A stretch of 62,370 nt of DNA, the filler included, from Collodictyon triciliatum (taxonomy: Eukaryota), in NCBI GenBank assembly GCA_043381765.1. It is 6 parts of 6 records of this genome, joined end to end, with 100 filler letters (N's around TTAATTAATTAA, not from the genome) between each part and the next. Parts side by side here need not be neighbours in the genome. Positions count along the whole stretch, not along the records: positions 12,753 to 27,157 come from JBHJMP010002955.1; 5 more parts are not named here. One strand, written 5' to 3'. The notes beneath the pieces were generated by a model. It was given only the letters and a program-made list of their open reading frames with translations, was not told the DNA's origin and searched no databases. The position numbers and the translations under genes are program-made. This document shows positions 13,798-24,500 of the stretch, piece by piece. The number at the start of each line of letters is the position of its first letter. Position 1 is the first letter of the stretch.

Positions 13798-14196
13798 ATG
13801 AGCGACGATCAAGTTTCCAAATATTTGGGTAAAATAAATTAAAATAAATATGATATTAAATTATTTTTTAGTATTTAGAATAATTTAATATCATAAGAAA
13901 AGTGGCTGCAAAATGAGGAGCAAGATGAAGCAAAAAAAAAAAAAAATAGCGAGGGAGAGAAAAAGCGGTCTTGCAAAAGTCAATAGGTAAAATGAGAGGC
14001 CTGAGGAAAGAGAAGGTAGACTAGCAAAGATGCGGGTTACGATAGACAAAGACGGCAAAGGGAGATTCTCCAGCAAACAGATGAAAGGCTCAATGACCAA
14101 GCGATTTGCGCAGGGAATCGAAGAGAACAAGAAACAACTGAAGAAAGGATTCATAGGCTTCAGGCTCTAGCCATCGACCCACGGGTAGCAAGTTAA
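13798..14196 (+). pseudogene. Degenerate STPR-like 23-aa repeat coding fragment (Helitron-associated type)
   Basis: Allowing one frameshift at about 14036: ERPEEREGRLAKMRxYDRQRRQR / EILQQTDERLNDQAICAGNRREQ / ETTEERIHRLQAL, a 23-residue period with E1 and R9-L10. Possible first exon from ATG 13798 with a GT-AG intron; in-frame stops are present. Confidence 0.55.
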
Positions 14197-15011
14197 TTAT
14201 AAGTATAGTGCTCAGTATTAGTTGCTCTGATTCAATCACCTTTTTTTTTCCTTTTCTTTCCTTTCCTTTCCTTACCTTTCCTTACCTTTCCTTTTTCTTC
14301 GTTTCTCATTCAGCCTGTAAATGGATTAACTTCATTACAAAGGTTGTGATGAACTTGGTTTTATCCCTTTCAAAACACAACACTTTTTATATAACGAGAG
14401 TGTACACATATATAGCAGTTTGTTGCACAGAAAACCATCGAATTAAATCTGGGTTGACAAAAGCAGGAACTTTGATGAATCCAAGAAACAACCTGAATAA
14501 TATAACAGTATAATTAGTATATATGATAAGCTTAAAAAATACTTAATTATCTAATTCTAATCCTGTAATCAATTTATATTATATTTTTCATTTATTAAAT
14601 ATTAGTTCAAATATTCAAAAATTACCAACAAGCCCTTGCCTTGGCCCAGACAGAACCCATCCTATAAACCTGCCACCAAACACGCATTTCAAAAAAGCAT
14701 ACTATCCACACTTGCGGCGGTAATCATGTTGTTTGGGGCCGATATGTTGACTTTCAGTCGCAATGGCTATACGGCCGTCCTTTCGAACTCGCCGAATCGG
14801 CGCTCAGCGTTTTGTCTCAAATCACATATAATTTTTTTTTTGTGTGTTTATTTGCCACAATGCGCACATTTTGAGAGTCTTGGTAGATGCTTCATTGTAC
14901 ATAAATTGATTTTATGCAGTTTTTTTTTTATATATATTAAATTGACTTAAGTTTTATTAAATTGAAAACTCGGTGGTTTTCTAAAGGAAAAAGTAAAACA
15001 AAGACTTTCAG

Positions 15012-16810
15012 ATGAAGAAAAGAAAACGGCTTCAGTCCGAGAATCTAAAGTGTGTAAAACCATGCTACCGAAATGTAAAAACATCTCTAAAGTCGGTTGT
15101 AAAGAATGCGTATGACTATTACAAAATCAGCGATACGGTTTTATTGTGTCATAATTTGGTTACCGACACTTATCTGTTTGCAAGATGTTACATACTGAAA
15201 TCACAACAACTCCCAACAATCAATGAAATGTTGTTTTTGTACGCTTTAAAGATAGTAGGTATAGTTTCACAAGATAGACCCGCATATTTTTTTAAAAAAA
15301 CCAGATATGAGAAATGACATGATGACTTTTTATCTCGATTATTTTCTATTCCTTTTGTCCCGATAAGAACGCTTTCTGTTGGTTAGACTGTCTCATGCAT
15401 TACCGTACTCAGCGAAGCAAATGTTAACAGCTTATCGTAATAACATTAAGGAGCATTTTGTTAAGAGCTTACTGCGCTTTATAAACCAAACAGTTCCTAA
15501 GAGATGAGAATATCACGGAAGCTAGTAAAAAAGGCAGAGTTACGAAAGCTAAAAAAAAAAAAAAAAAAAATCACAAAAACTAAAAAAAAAGGCAGAGTTA
15601 CAAAAAAAAAAAAAAAAAAAAAAAGCCATCTTCAAGAAACTCGAAATACCAAAATAATACAAAGGATGGGCTGCAATGCATATGCATCATATCATTCCCA
15701 GCGATATTGTAAAAGGTATCGAATATAACGTCAAAGTCAATCCAAATAAGTGCATTCCATGTCTGATTTACATGAATCGCATTTTTGAGGACATTGGAAC
15801 CAAACTATTTCAATCAATCTCTATAAGAACTAACAATATATCATGTCATGTTACTCTAGGTACTGCGTGTTTGATAGATCTATTAGTATTGTCTGAAAAA
15901 AAAATCATTAATGAATAATATATTGGATGCAAAGAGACCCTATGGTATAACTTCTTTGAAATGAAGAAGAGGGTCTTTCATCAAAGAGACTACAATTTCA
16001 AATACATGATACAAACAGACGGCTTGGCAGTGTCATTATTGTTTGAAAAAAAAAAAAGGTATTTCAAATTCAAAATACAAATATAACCAAAAAACCCCAA
16101 GAATATGTTTACATAGATGAACTTTCCGAGGGGCAGTTATCTTTATTAGCGAAATAAAAAAATAGTTGGAGTTGATGCAGGCAAGTTTGATTTGGTTTAC
16201 ATGGTGGATGAGATAGGTAAGAAATTACGTTACACGACTACCAAACAAGACATGATAGCAAATCTCTTAAAAATTCACAAAATACACTTGCGCGAGAAAA
16301 AAGAAAAGCACAATTCTTCAGGGATATACATGGTAACAGATTTACAGAATGCTGTTTCTTTGGGTCTCGTGTCTTTTGAAGAGAATCAGCAGTTTGAGAC
16401 ATCAAGAGTATCTTTAATCGATTTAGAGACAAAACTGAGTAGACATATTTCATGCACGGTCGATTATGAAAAATTTCGAAAATATGTATCTATGAAATCA
16501 AGACACCAGATAGTTTGCCAGATTTTATGAACAAGTAACTTTTCGAAAGATGAGATGGAGACCGTATGTCAATACATAAAGAAGTGAACAGTTGTTTATG
16601 GACTAAATCGAAAAGGCATTAGGCAAGGATGTTGTTCTGGCGTATGGAAACTGGAGCAGAAAATCTCAGATGAAACATTTTATGGCAACAATCGGAAGAG
16701 GATTACGAAAAGTACTATTCATGTGTTTCGAAGCAGTTAGTGTAGATGAATTTAAAACCTCCAATATGTGTTGCTACTGCGAAAAAAACTTGATTATATG
16801 ACACTGAAAG
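15012..16810 (+). pseudogene. Fanzor1 (TnpB-related RuvC nuclease) pseudogene, 3' end interrupted
   Basis: Collinear motifs across several frames: VKTSLKSVV; LPYSAKQMLTAYRNNIKEHF..LLRFIN; YNVKVNP..LIYMN..KLFQ; FKYMIQTDGLAVSLLF; RuvC-I KIVGVDAGK (D 16174); VDYEKFRKY; FRKMRWR; LAYGNWSRKSQMKHFMAT; VDEFKTSNMCCYC (E 16748, then the first CxxC). Multiple frameshifts and stops. Confidence 0.85.
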
Positions 16811-16811
16811 G

Positions 16812-16911
16812 ACCCAACAATGCACACTTTGCAGCAACGGTGATGAATCCATTGAGCACACATTTGTGCAATGTCCCTTCGCTCAAAACCTGCGCGAAAC
16901 AGCCGGTGAGA
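16812..16911 (+). mobile_element. Non-LTR retrotransposon (L1/Tx1-like) ORF2 zf-RVT fragment running into the N gap
   Basis: Reads TQQCTLCSNGDESIEHTFVQCPFAQNLRE, the CxxC..E..EH....CPFA knuckle. Nucleotide match to the reverse complement of about 42310-42405, e.g. ACTTTGCAGCAACGGTGAT(G/A)AATCCATTGAGCACACAT. Confidence 0.75.
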
Positions 16912-17563
16912 NNNNNNNNNNNNNNNNNNNNNNNNNNNNNNNNNNNNNNNNNNNNNNNNNNNNNNNNNNNNNNNNNNNNNNNNNNNNNNNNNNNNNNNNN
17001 NNNNNNNNNNNNNNNNNNNNNNNNNNNNNNNNNNNNNNNNNNNNNNNNNNNNNNNNNNNNNNNNNNNNNNNNNNNNNNNNNNNNNNNNNNNNNNNNNNNN
17101 NNNNNNNNNNNNNNNNNNNNNNNNNNNNNNNNNNNNNNNNNNNNNNNNNNNNNNNNNNNNNNNNNNNNNNNNNNNNNNNNNNNNNNNNNNNNNNNNNNNN
17201 NNNNNNNNNNNNNNNNNNNNNNNNNNNNNNNNNNNNNNNNNNNNNNNNNNNNNNNNNNNNNNNNNNNNNNNNNNNNNNNNNNNNNNNNNNNNNNNNNNNN
17301 NNNNNNNNNNNNNNNNNNNNNNNNNNNNNNNNNNNNNNNNNNNNNNNNNNNNNNNNNNNNNNNNNNNNNNNNNNNNNNNNNNNNNNNNNNNNNNNNNNNN
17401 NNNNNNNNNNNNNNNNNNNNNNNNNNNNNNNNNNNNNNNNNNNNNNNNNNNNNNNNNNNNNNNNNNNNNNNNNNNNNNNNNNNNNNNNNNNNNNNNNNNN
17501 NNNNNNNNNNNNNNNNNNNNNNNNNNNNNNNNNNNNNNNNNNNNNNNNNNNNNNNNNNNNNNN

Positions 17564-17636
<73 letters not shown>

Positions 17637-17716
17637 AAAACAAAAAACAAATCAAACAATGAACCCCAAAAGGCATGATTCCCAAACACACAACCCACTC
17701 ACGCAAACACAAGCAG

Positions 17717-20700
17717 ATGTATCCGTATTACCCCGGCGTCGGGCGCAGCAGCACAATGGGAGGCGCGGGAGGCACGTCCACTTCCACACGCTTTGTGGGG
17801 TCTGCAGCAAACGGCCTCGGCCAAAGTGTCGTTGCCTTTCCCCCTGCGCTTTCCCCACGAGGCGCAGTCAGCACAAGCACGCCGATCGGCCCAACCGCAA
17901 GCACACCACGAGGCCAAAGCAGAGACAACTCGTTGTCGGACGAGAAGGCAAACGCTCGACGCAAAGAAAAAGACAAGGAAAAAGAAAAAGAAAAAGAAAA
18001 AGAAAAGGGCAAGGACAAGCACGGAGAAGTCGTTGGCCAGTGGCGGCTCGGCAAGAGTCTGGGCGAAGGCGGCTTCGGGCACGTCTTTCTGGGCACGCAT
18101 CTTCTCAGCAAAGAGCGCTCGGCCGTGAAGCTGCAGACGGACGACGGAGACGCGGCCGAGAAGGAAAAGGGCCGGCTGGAGCGCGAGATCGAAGCCCTGC
18201 AGAGACTCTCGGGGCATCCAAACATCATCGCCATGGCCGAGGTTGTGCGGCAGCCGGGGCGCCTGGCTCTGGTCCTGGAGCTGGCGCCAGAGGGCGACCT
18301 GCTCGATTACACATGTTCGCGCGGATGTCTGTCCGAGGCGGAGGCGCGCGTCTTTGTGCGGCAGATTGTCGCGGCGCTGAGCCACTGCCACACACACCGC
18401 ATCGTGCATCGCGACCTGAAGCTGGAAAACATCCTGCTCTTCCCGGGCCATGTGGCAAAGCTGGCCGACTTTGGGCTGTCGGCATCGCTCTCGGTTGCGG
18501 CCCCGGGCTTTGCCTCTGCGCTCGGGCGCGCGGCTCCGGATGACCCGGACAGTCTTCGCACGCTGTGCGGCTCGCCCACGTACCACGCGCCAGAGATGCT
18601 GCTGGGCAAGGCGTATGCGTACGGCGTGGATGTGTGGGCACTCGGCATCGTCATCTACGCAATGCTGAACGGCTCGTTCCCCTTCGACAGCCCGTCGCAT
18701 CCGGTCCTGTGCCAGCAGATCCTGCACGGCACGTATCCGCCGCTGCGCTCGGCCTCTGCAGACGCAAAGGATCTCGTGGCCAGGCTGCTGCAGCTGGACC
18801 CCACCCGCCGGATCACGCTCCACGACGCAGCCGCCCACCCGTGGCTGGCCGAGCCGCAGATCCGCAGCTCTTCGTACACGCCGGCGTCCGATGCAAAGCC
18901 GGCCCTGGGCGGCTCCCATGCGGATCTGCAGGCTCAGGTCCAGCAACTCATGCAGCTGATGGAGACAGACAAGCGCCAGCGGCTTGCAGAGAGTGAGGTC
19001 ACTTCCAGTCGGATGCGGATGCTGGAGGCAGAGTTGCGTGTCTTGCGCGAGGTGGTGACGCCCGATTCGCACACGCGGTCCTCTGAGATATCCCATGCTG
19101 CCCAGCTCGCTGATCTTGCTCGGTGGAGGAAAGACGTCGACCGGGATAGAAAACACCTGGCAGACGTGACAGATAAATCCTCCACGCTCCTTGCGAGTCT
19201 TGATAGGTCTCTGCAAAGGATATCGGCAGATGTGGCTCCTTTCATCCAAAGCAGCAAGGCCCTCGGTCAGGCACAGTCCTCCCCACTATCGACTCAGACA
19301 TCCCAACTTACCGAGGCTGCAGTGGCTTCTCTTCAGACACAAATCGATGCGCTCTATGAACACACAAAATCTGTTTCTTTGGATATATCGAGAAACATGG
19401 ACCAGGTTCTTCAATCAAAACTCGAGGCAAAAACGTTTTTGTCTTGGAAGGCGCAAATGGAAAATGATATGCAGGCTTCTAACTTGCACTTGGAGATGTT
19501 GAAAAACAGTCTCCAGGCAGTCCAGAAGGACATCACAGAGCTACAAAAAGTCACTTCACAGCAACCGGCAGAAATGAAGGAAATTCAAACATTGGTTGAA
19601 CAAAATCATGCAGAGTATATTACAAATTTACATGACCAGCGCGCAAAGTTCAATAACTATCAGAGAGAAATCGACTTATTCAAGAAGGAGCAAACAAAGA
19701 TGAGTTCCGCAATCATACAAATGCGTGCGTCAAACCAACCACAGCCACAGCCACAACCACAGACTCAAATACAATCTACAAGTCCTCTGTTATTGGCTCT
19801 AGAAGAAAATATACAAGCGATGGCGACACAGATTCAAGATTTATACTCGTGGAGAGAATCGCAGGAAAATGTCAGTGCAGCGCCTCCGCTCTTTGCTCCT
19901 GATACAAAGACACCTTCCAACCAGGTCACGTCCACTGCGGTGAAAGGCTTAGAATCATGGAGAGAAAATATTGAGAAACAAAATACGGAGATGATACATG
20001 AATACGAAGCAGAGCTAAAGGTACGTACCAATTTATTCATTTTCTACCTTTTTTTATTTTCCTTTTCTTTTTCCTTTTCTTCTCTTTCCATTTTTCCCTT
20101 TCGTTTCGTTTCGTTTCGTTTCGTTTTAATTTAATTTTTATTTATCTTTGCATAATTTCTTGTCAATATTGCCTTGTTACTAGAAATTCAATCAAGAGGT
20201 CAGCAGGATGTCTCAGATGGTGCCCAGTTCGTCGTCTGCTACAGGGCAATCAGTTCTTAACTCTCTGGCATCTCCTGACTCTTCTGAAGTAGACACTGCA
20301 ACACAATCATCGTTCGGGGAATCAAAGCCCATCGAGCTCTCTATCCTCGCAAAGCTCGAACGAGAACTCGAACTACAGAAGTCCAGAATCTCCTTTATCG
20401 ATGAGAATCTAAGAATATTCTGGAGCCTGAAGGCTTCGAATATGAAGGTACTAGCTCTATGACAAGCACATATTTTCTTTCCACCAGAGACTATTCAAAA
20501 ATGGACGGTATATGTACACCGATTGTGAAGTAACGTTATTTATACTGCTGACATTACCTCCTTGCAAAGCGACGTCAGGAAATTGAGGAGGTAAAACGTT
20601 CGGTTGACTTGAGTGGAATCAAAATCAGAACAACAATAGAAGATATTAAAAAGAAGCACCGAAGCGAAATGGAAGAGCTTCGATCAAAATTTGATACAGA

Positions 20701-20800
20701 AATGAGAATGCTCCGAAACATGGTAAATTCCAAGCATGATTTCGACATGCTCAACTCTGGTCTTACAAGGTCTTCTGGAGAGCAGGTTTTTCATTTGTGA
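17717..20800 (+). CDS. CAMK-group Ser/Thr kinase (SNF1/MARK-like) with a long coiled-coil C-terminus, multi-exon
   Basis: LGEGGFGHV, SAVK, REIEAL, HPNII, HRDLKLEN, DFG, CGSPTYHAPE, DVWALG. First exon ends at AAG|GTACGT (20020), with further short exons to about 20800. The start could be 17675; the 3' end is approximate. Confidence 0.88.
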
Positions 20801-21570
20801 CTATCATGATTCTTTTTATTGGTGTGTGTTTGTGTTTCAAAACACTATTCGAATAACTAGCAGTCCAATAAAAACCATAATAAAACTACTAGAGAGCAAG
20901 CGAAACAGACGACGATACAGACAGCACAACGAATACACAACAAAAACCCGAAGTGAGGATTATAAACAACTACAAAGCCTAGTCATGCGTGCATTCATAA
21001 CTCTCCCGATTCACCAACTAACACAATGTGTTTTAGGCGATGTCATAACTATGGACTGAAACTTTCATTTTCATATTCGAATTCCCTTCTGTTTGGTACT
21101 ACAGCGGAATATCCAGACACAACCCAATATAATACCTCCAAAAAAGAAAAAAAATCACAACCTCGGGGTGCAAAAATTAGATTTAAAAATAACATGCACG
21201 TACGAATCTAATCACCATGATATTATCCGAGACATTCTCCAACCTGTCATATCACACCATGTCCAATTCATACCTTTCTTTTCCATTCGCTCTTTTCACG
21301 TCTCTCCCAGAAATAAATAGTCGCTCAAAGTTCCTGTCATTTTTTTTCTCTCGCCCCTTTTTCATTCATCTAATCATATGGGAATCATATAAATTTTATT
21401 GAAAGATTGCAGTCTGCAGTGAACTTACGAATGCTTTTTTTTTTCTCGTGGTATGCTTTTGATGCTGAAGAGATGACAAAGTGAGAGGAACAGAAAGAAA
21501 AGAAAGAGAAAAGAATAAAAATGATCGCTTTGTCTTTTGCCTTCTCTTTTCTGCCAATGGACATCGACGG

Positions 21571-24500
21571 CTAGGAAACACTGGCCTTAAGGAATGCTAA
21601 ATGGTCTGCGATTACAATACGCACGCCATGAAGCCACTGTAGCGAAACCAAGTCTGGGTCGTTGTTGAATTTCCCGTATGTTAGAACCCAACGAGCAGAG
21701 CCGTATTCCGGACGACCTGCTCGGTCCATCAGCACAGGCGCACTCAAAAGCGGAGTTGAATTCGAGACGACACCAGCAAGGTCGGCCTTTTGCGCAAACG
21801 CAACTGCCTCACGAAACGAATTACGGCGAGCATCATACAAACTTCCAACCACACCACTCGTCAAATAAAACACTGGATACTTTCCTTGCTTGCGGCGACA
21901 TAAGAGACAGATATCTGGGTCAAAAGACGAGAAGTAAATCTTGCGGTCTCCAGCCTCATCAAAGACCTGTGCCAGAATTACGTCCAGATACTCATCCATC
22001 TGGAAGTAACCCACAAGATGCTCATCGTCGGCTTCGTCAAGACTCGGATACTTCAGCTCGATGTTAAACCCTGTTGATGGGCTGACTTTTGAAAACAGCT
22101 CTCGCAGGGATGGGAATGGTTCACGAAAGGGAGCAGGTGAGTAGTCTGTTCTGGTTGCGGGTGTTGGCGGTCTGTAAGGGCTCCCTGGTTTGTATATGAG
22201 CGATAGATTCATATTAATAAAGTCCTTCATGGTTTTCCCATCAACTGCTGCCGCCGCTTTGGTGGTTTCTTGTTTGCTTCTCAGGAGTGGAAGGGTTGGG
22301 TCCGAAAGTGACCTTTTTCTGGTCTTCATAGTGGTAGATTCTTGGTCAATATTGGTCTGGGCTGGCGGAGGTAAATGAAGGCCATCAAAATCGTTGGGTG
22401 TTTTCATTAGCTCAGATAAGGTTTGGTGGTGGACGCCCATCAAAACACCTCGGCGCTTCATTGAAAAATCATGGAAAATGATGCAATCTCGGTCGCGGGT
22501 AACATGCGCATCAAACTCAACCTTGTGCCGCACATATGAAAATAATGATGTTGATGTATATTCTTCTGAATAAGTGCAATTGAAAAGCAACATTTTGGTG
22601 CTTTTACAAGAAAAAAAAAGCTCTTACATATTCCATTCCAAGGCTGGCTGCATAATTGAAGGACGATATTGTATTTTCCGCAAAATGTGTTCTGCAATCA
22701 TACATAATAATTTTAAAAAAATATAAATGATAAGCTTTCCATAAAATTGCAAGGACACTTCGTCATACGAAAGAAAAGAGGGACATAAGTCTTGCAGTAT
22801 TACCAATTCAAATGAATATACATGGAAAAAAAACCTGCGAATATCCCCTACAGACGCGCCTTTCTCTGAACCACATCCTCTGCAATAATTCAAATTAAAC
22901 TTTACATAATTAAAATACCAAACCTGCATACACGATAATACTTGCGATAGAATCTAGTACCTGTGGCCGCATAACCTTCGGGTTAGAGAAACAACGCCAC
23001 TATCTGATGTGCTGCATCTCTTGTGTTTAAATGGTGAAACAACCAAGTATTCCAGGAATAATCGCCCAGTGATAGTGTGAGGCTCTCTGTAGCTGTACAC
23101 AAAAGTCGACAGAGCGCCATATTTCTATGAGCAAAGACTTCAATAAATTCTCTTTCTTTTTTTTTATGAATGAATTAACTAAAAGACAAAAATATCATAT
23201 CCATATTGTAATCAAACAAATGCTCAAATTCACAGTTTCTAGTTGCTCTGGGTGGAGAAATGCTTTCCCTATTATTTGACCCCATTCGTCAAATAGGTTT
23301 ATTTCTATCGAGAGAAGTTCACTCTCTACGCCTCCAGTAAAAACCATAAAGCTTTCCTTACTTTCAATAAATGGTGACTCGACTGAATAGTAAGTTTTGG
23401 AATCGCCTTTGGAGCGGAAGATGAGCTGTTTGTTGAGACACATAGTTGTAATTTTTTCGTGCATTTGCGAAAAGAAAATTCTACTATTTTCTCAAGGTAT
23501 ATGTCTTAAACAGAGAGCACAAAATACCTTAGAAACTTCGACACCATCTTTCATCTCCACCACTTTATGTTTGATTCGTTGGGCTGTATGTCCAAGTGTG
23601 ATATATAGCTCTAGATTATCAGCTCCATTGCGAAAATAAAATCGTTCACCTTGCTGGTTTTAGAAAATTGTTTTATATGATCTCTTTAGTTCGTGTAATT
23701 ATCACCTAATCGGAGAGAGATATAAAACAAAAGCAAAAAAAAAAAAAAAAAAAAAACCAAACAAGATTGACAAGGTGTTATGGTGTATAGCCTCACTTGC
23801 ACAATTTCCCCATCAGTTACATAGTTGAATGAATCGACTACATATAATGACTTGCGCTCAGACTCGATCGTCTCCGGAAGTTCATCATTTATGTTGGGTG
23901 ATGAATAGTAATATGTAATAGTACTTTTGAGAGGTATTTCCACTTGAACGAAGAAAGTATCTATTAATATTATATGGCAAATTACTTTTTACTCAAATTG
24001 CCTATCGGTTGCAAATGTTAGACATTACATATTTGTAAGAAAGTCTGGCTTACCGGGGTATCTGGGTAGATTGCAAATGACTCGACTTTTATATTCATTT
24101 TCAAACAAATTTGGTTCCTCAATATGCATGTCTACTTTCATTTTTGTGGGATTTACAGAGGCAATTTCGTAATTGAGAAGAAGCTGAGACTTTTTCAAAA
24201 ATGATGCAACCTAGGAAGGCCGGTATCCATTTTTAAATTAAGAATGAGATGAAATCGAGTCATTGAACTTACTTTTTTTTTCTTTACAAAGGAGTTTTTT
24301 TTATTTATTTTATTTTTATTTTTATTATTAAAGAATATCGAGTGATATATTTTACTTTGAACAAAACAAAGCCGTTGCCTGCTGAGGGTGACAATCCATC
24401 CAGCATATGAGGCATATTTGTGACCAGACCCTCAGGGTGGGAGTCACTAACAGCATCTTGACTGGAAAATATCAACTCTTTGGGGTGTGTGTGCAAAGAG

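Noticed and set aside
16333-16426. GT...AG intron explaining the Fanzor insert
   Set aside because: Removing these 94 nt shifts the frame of an otherwise open segment.
16768-18543. 591-aa ORF and other ORFs spanning N gaps or microsatellites
   Set aside because: Artefacts of Ns and simple repeats lacking stop codons.
17699-19249. 516-aa antisense ORF over the kinase
   Set aside because: Shadow ORF caused by high GC3 in the real gene.
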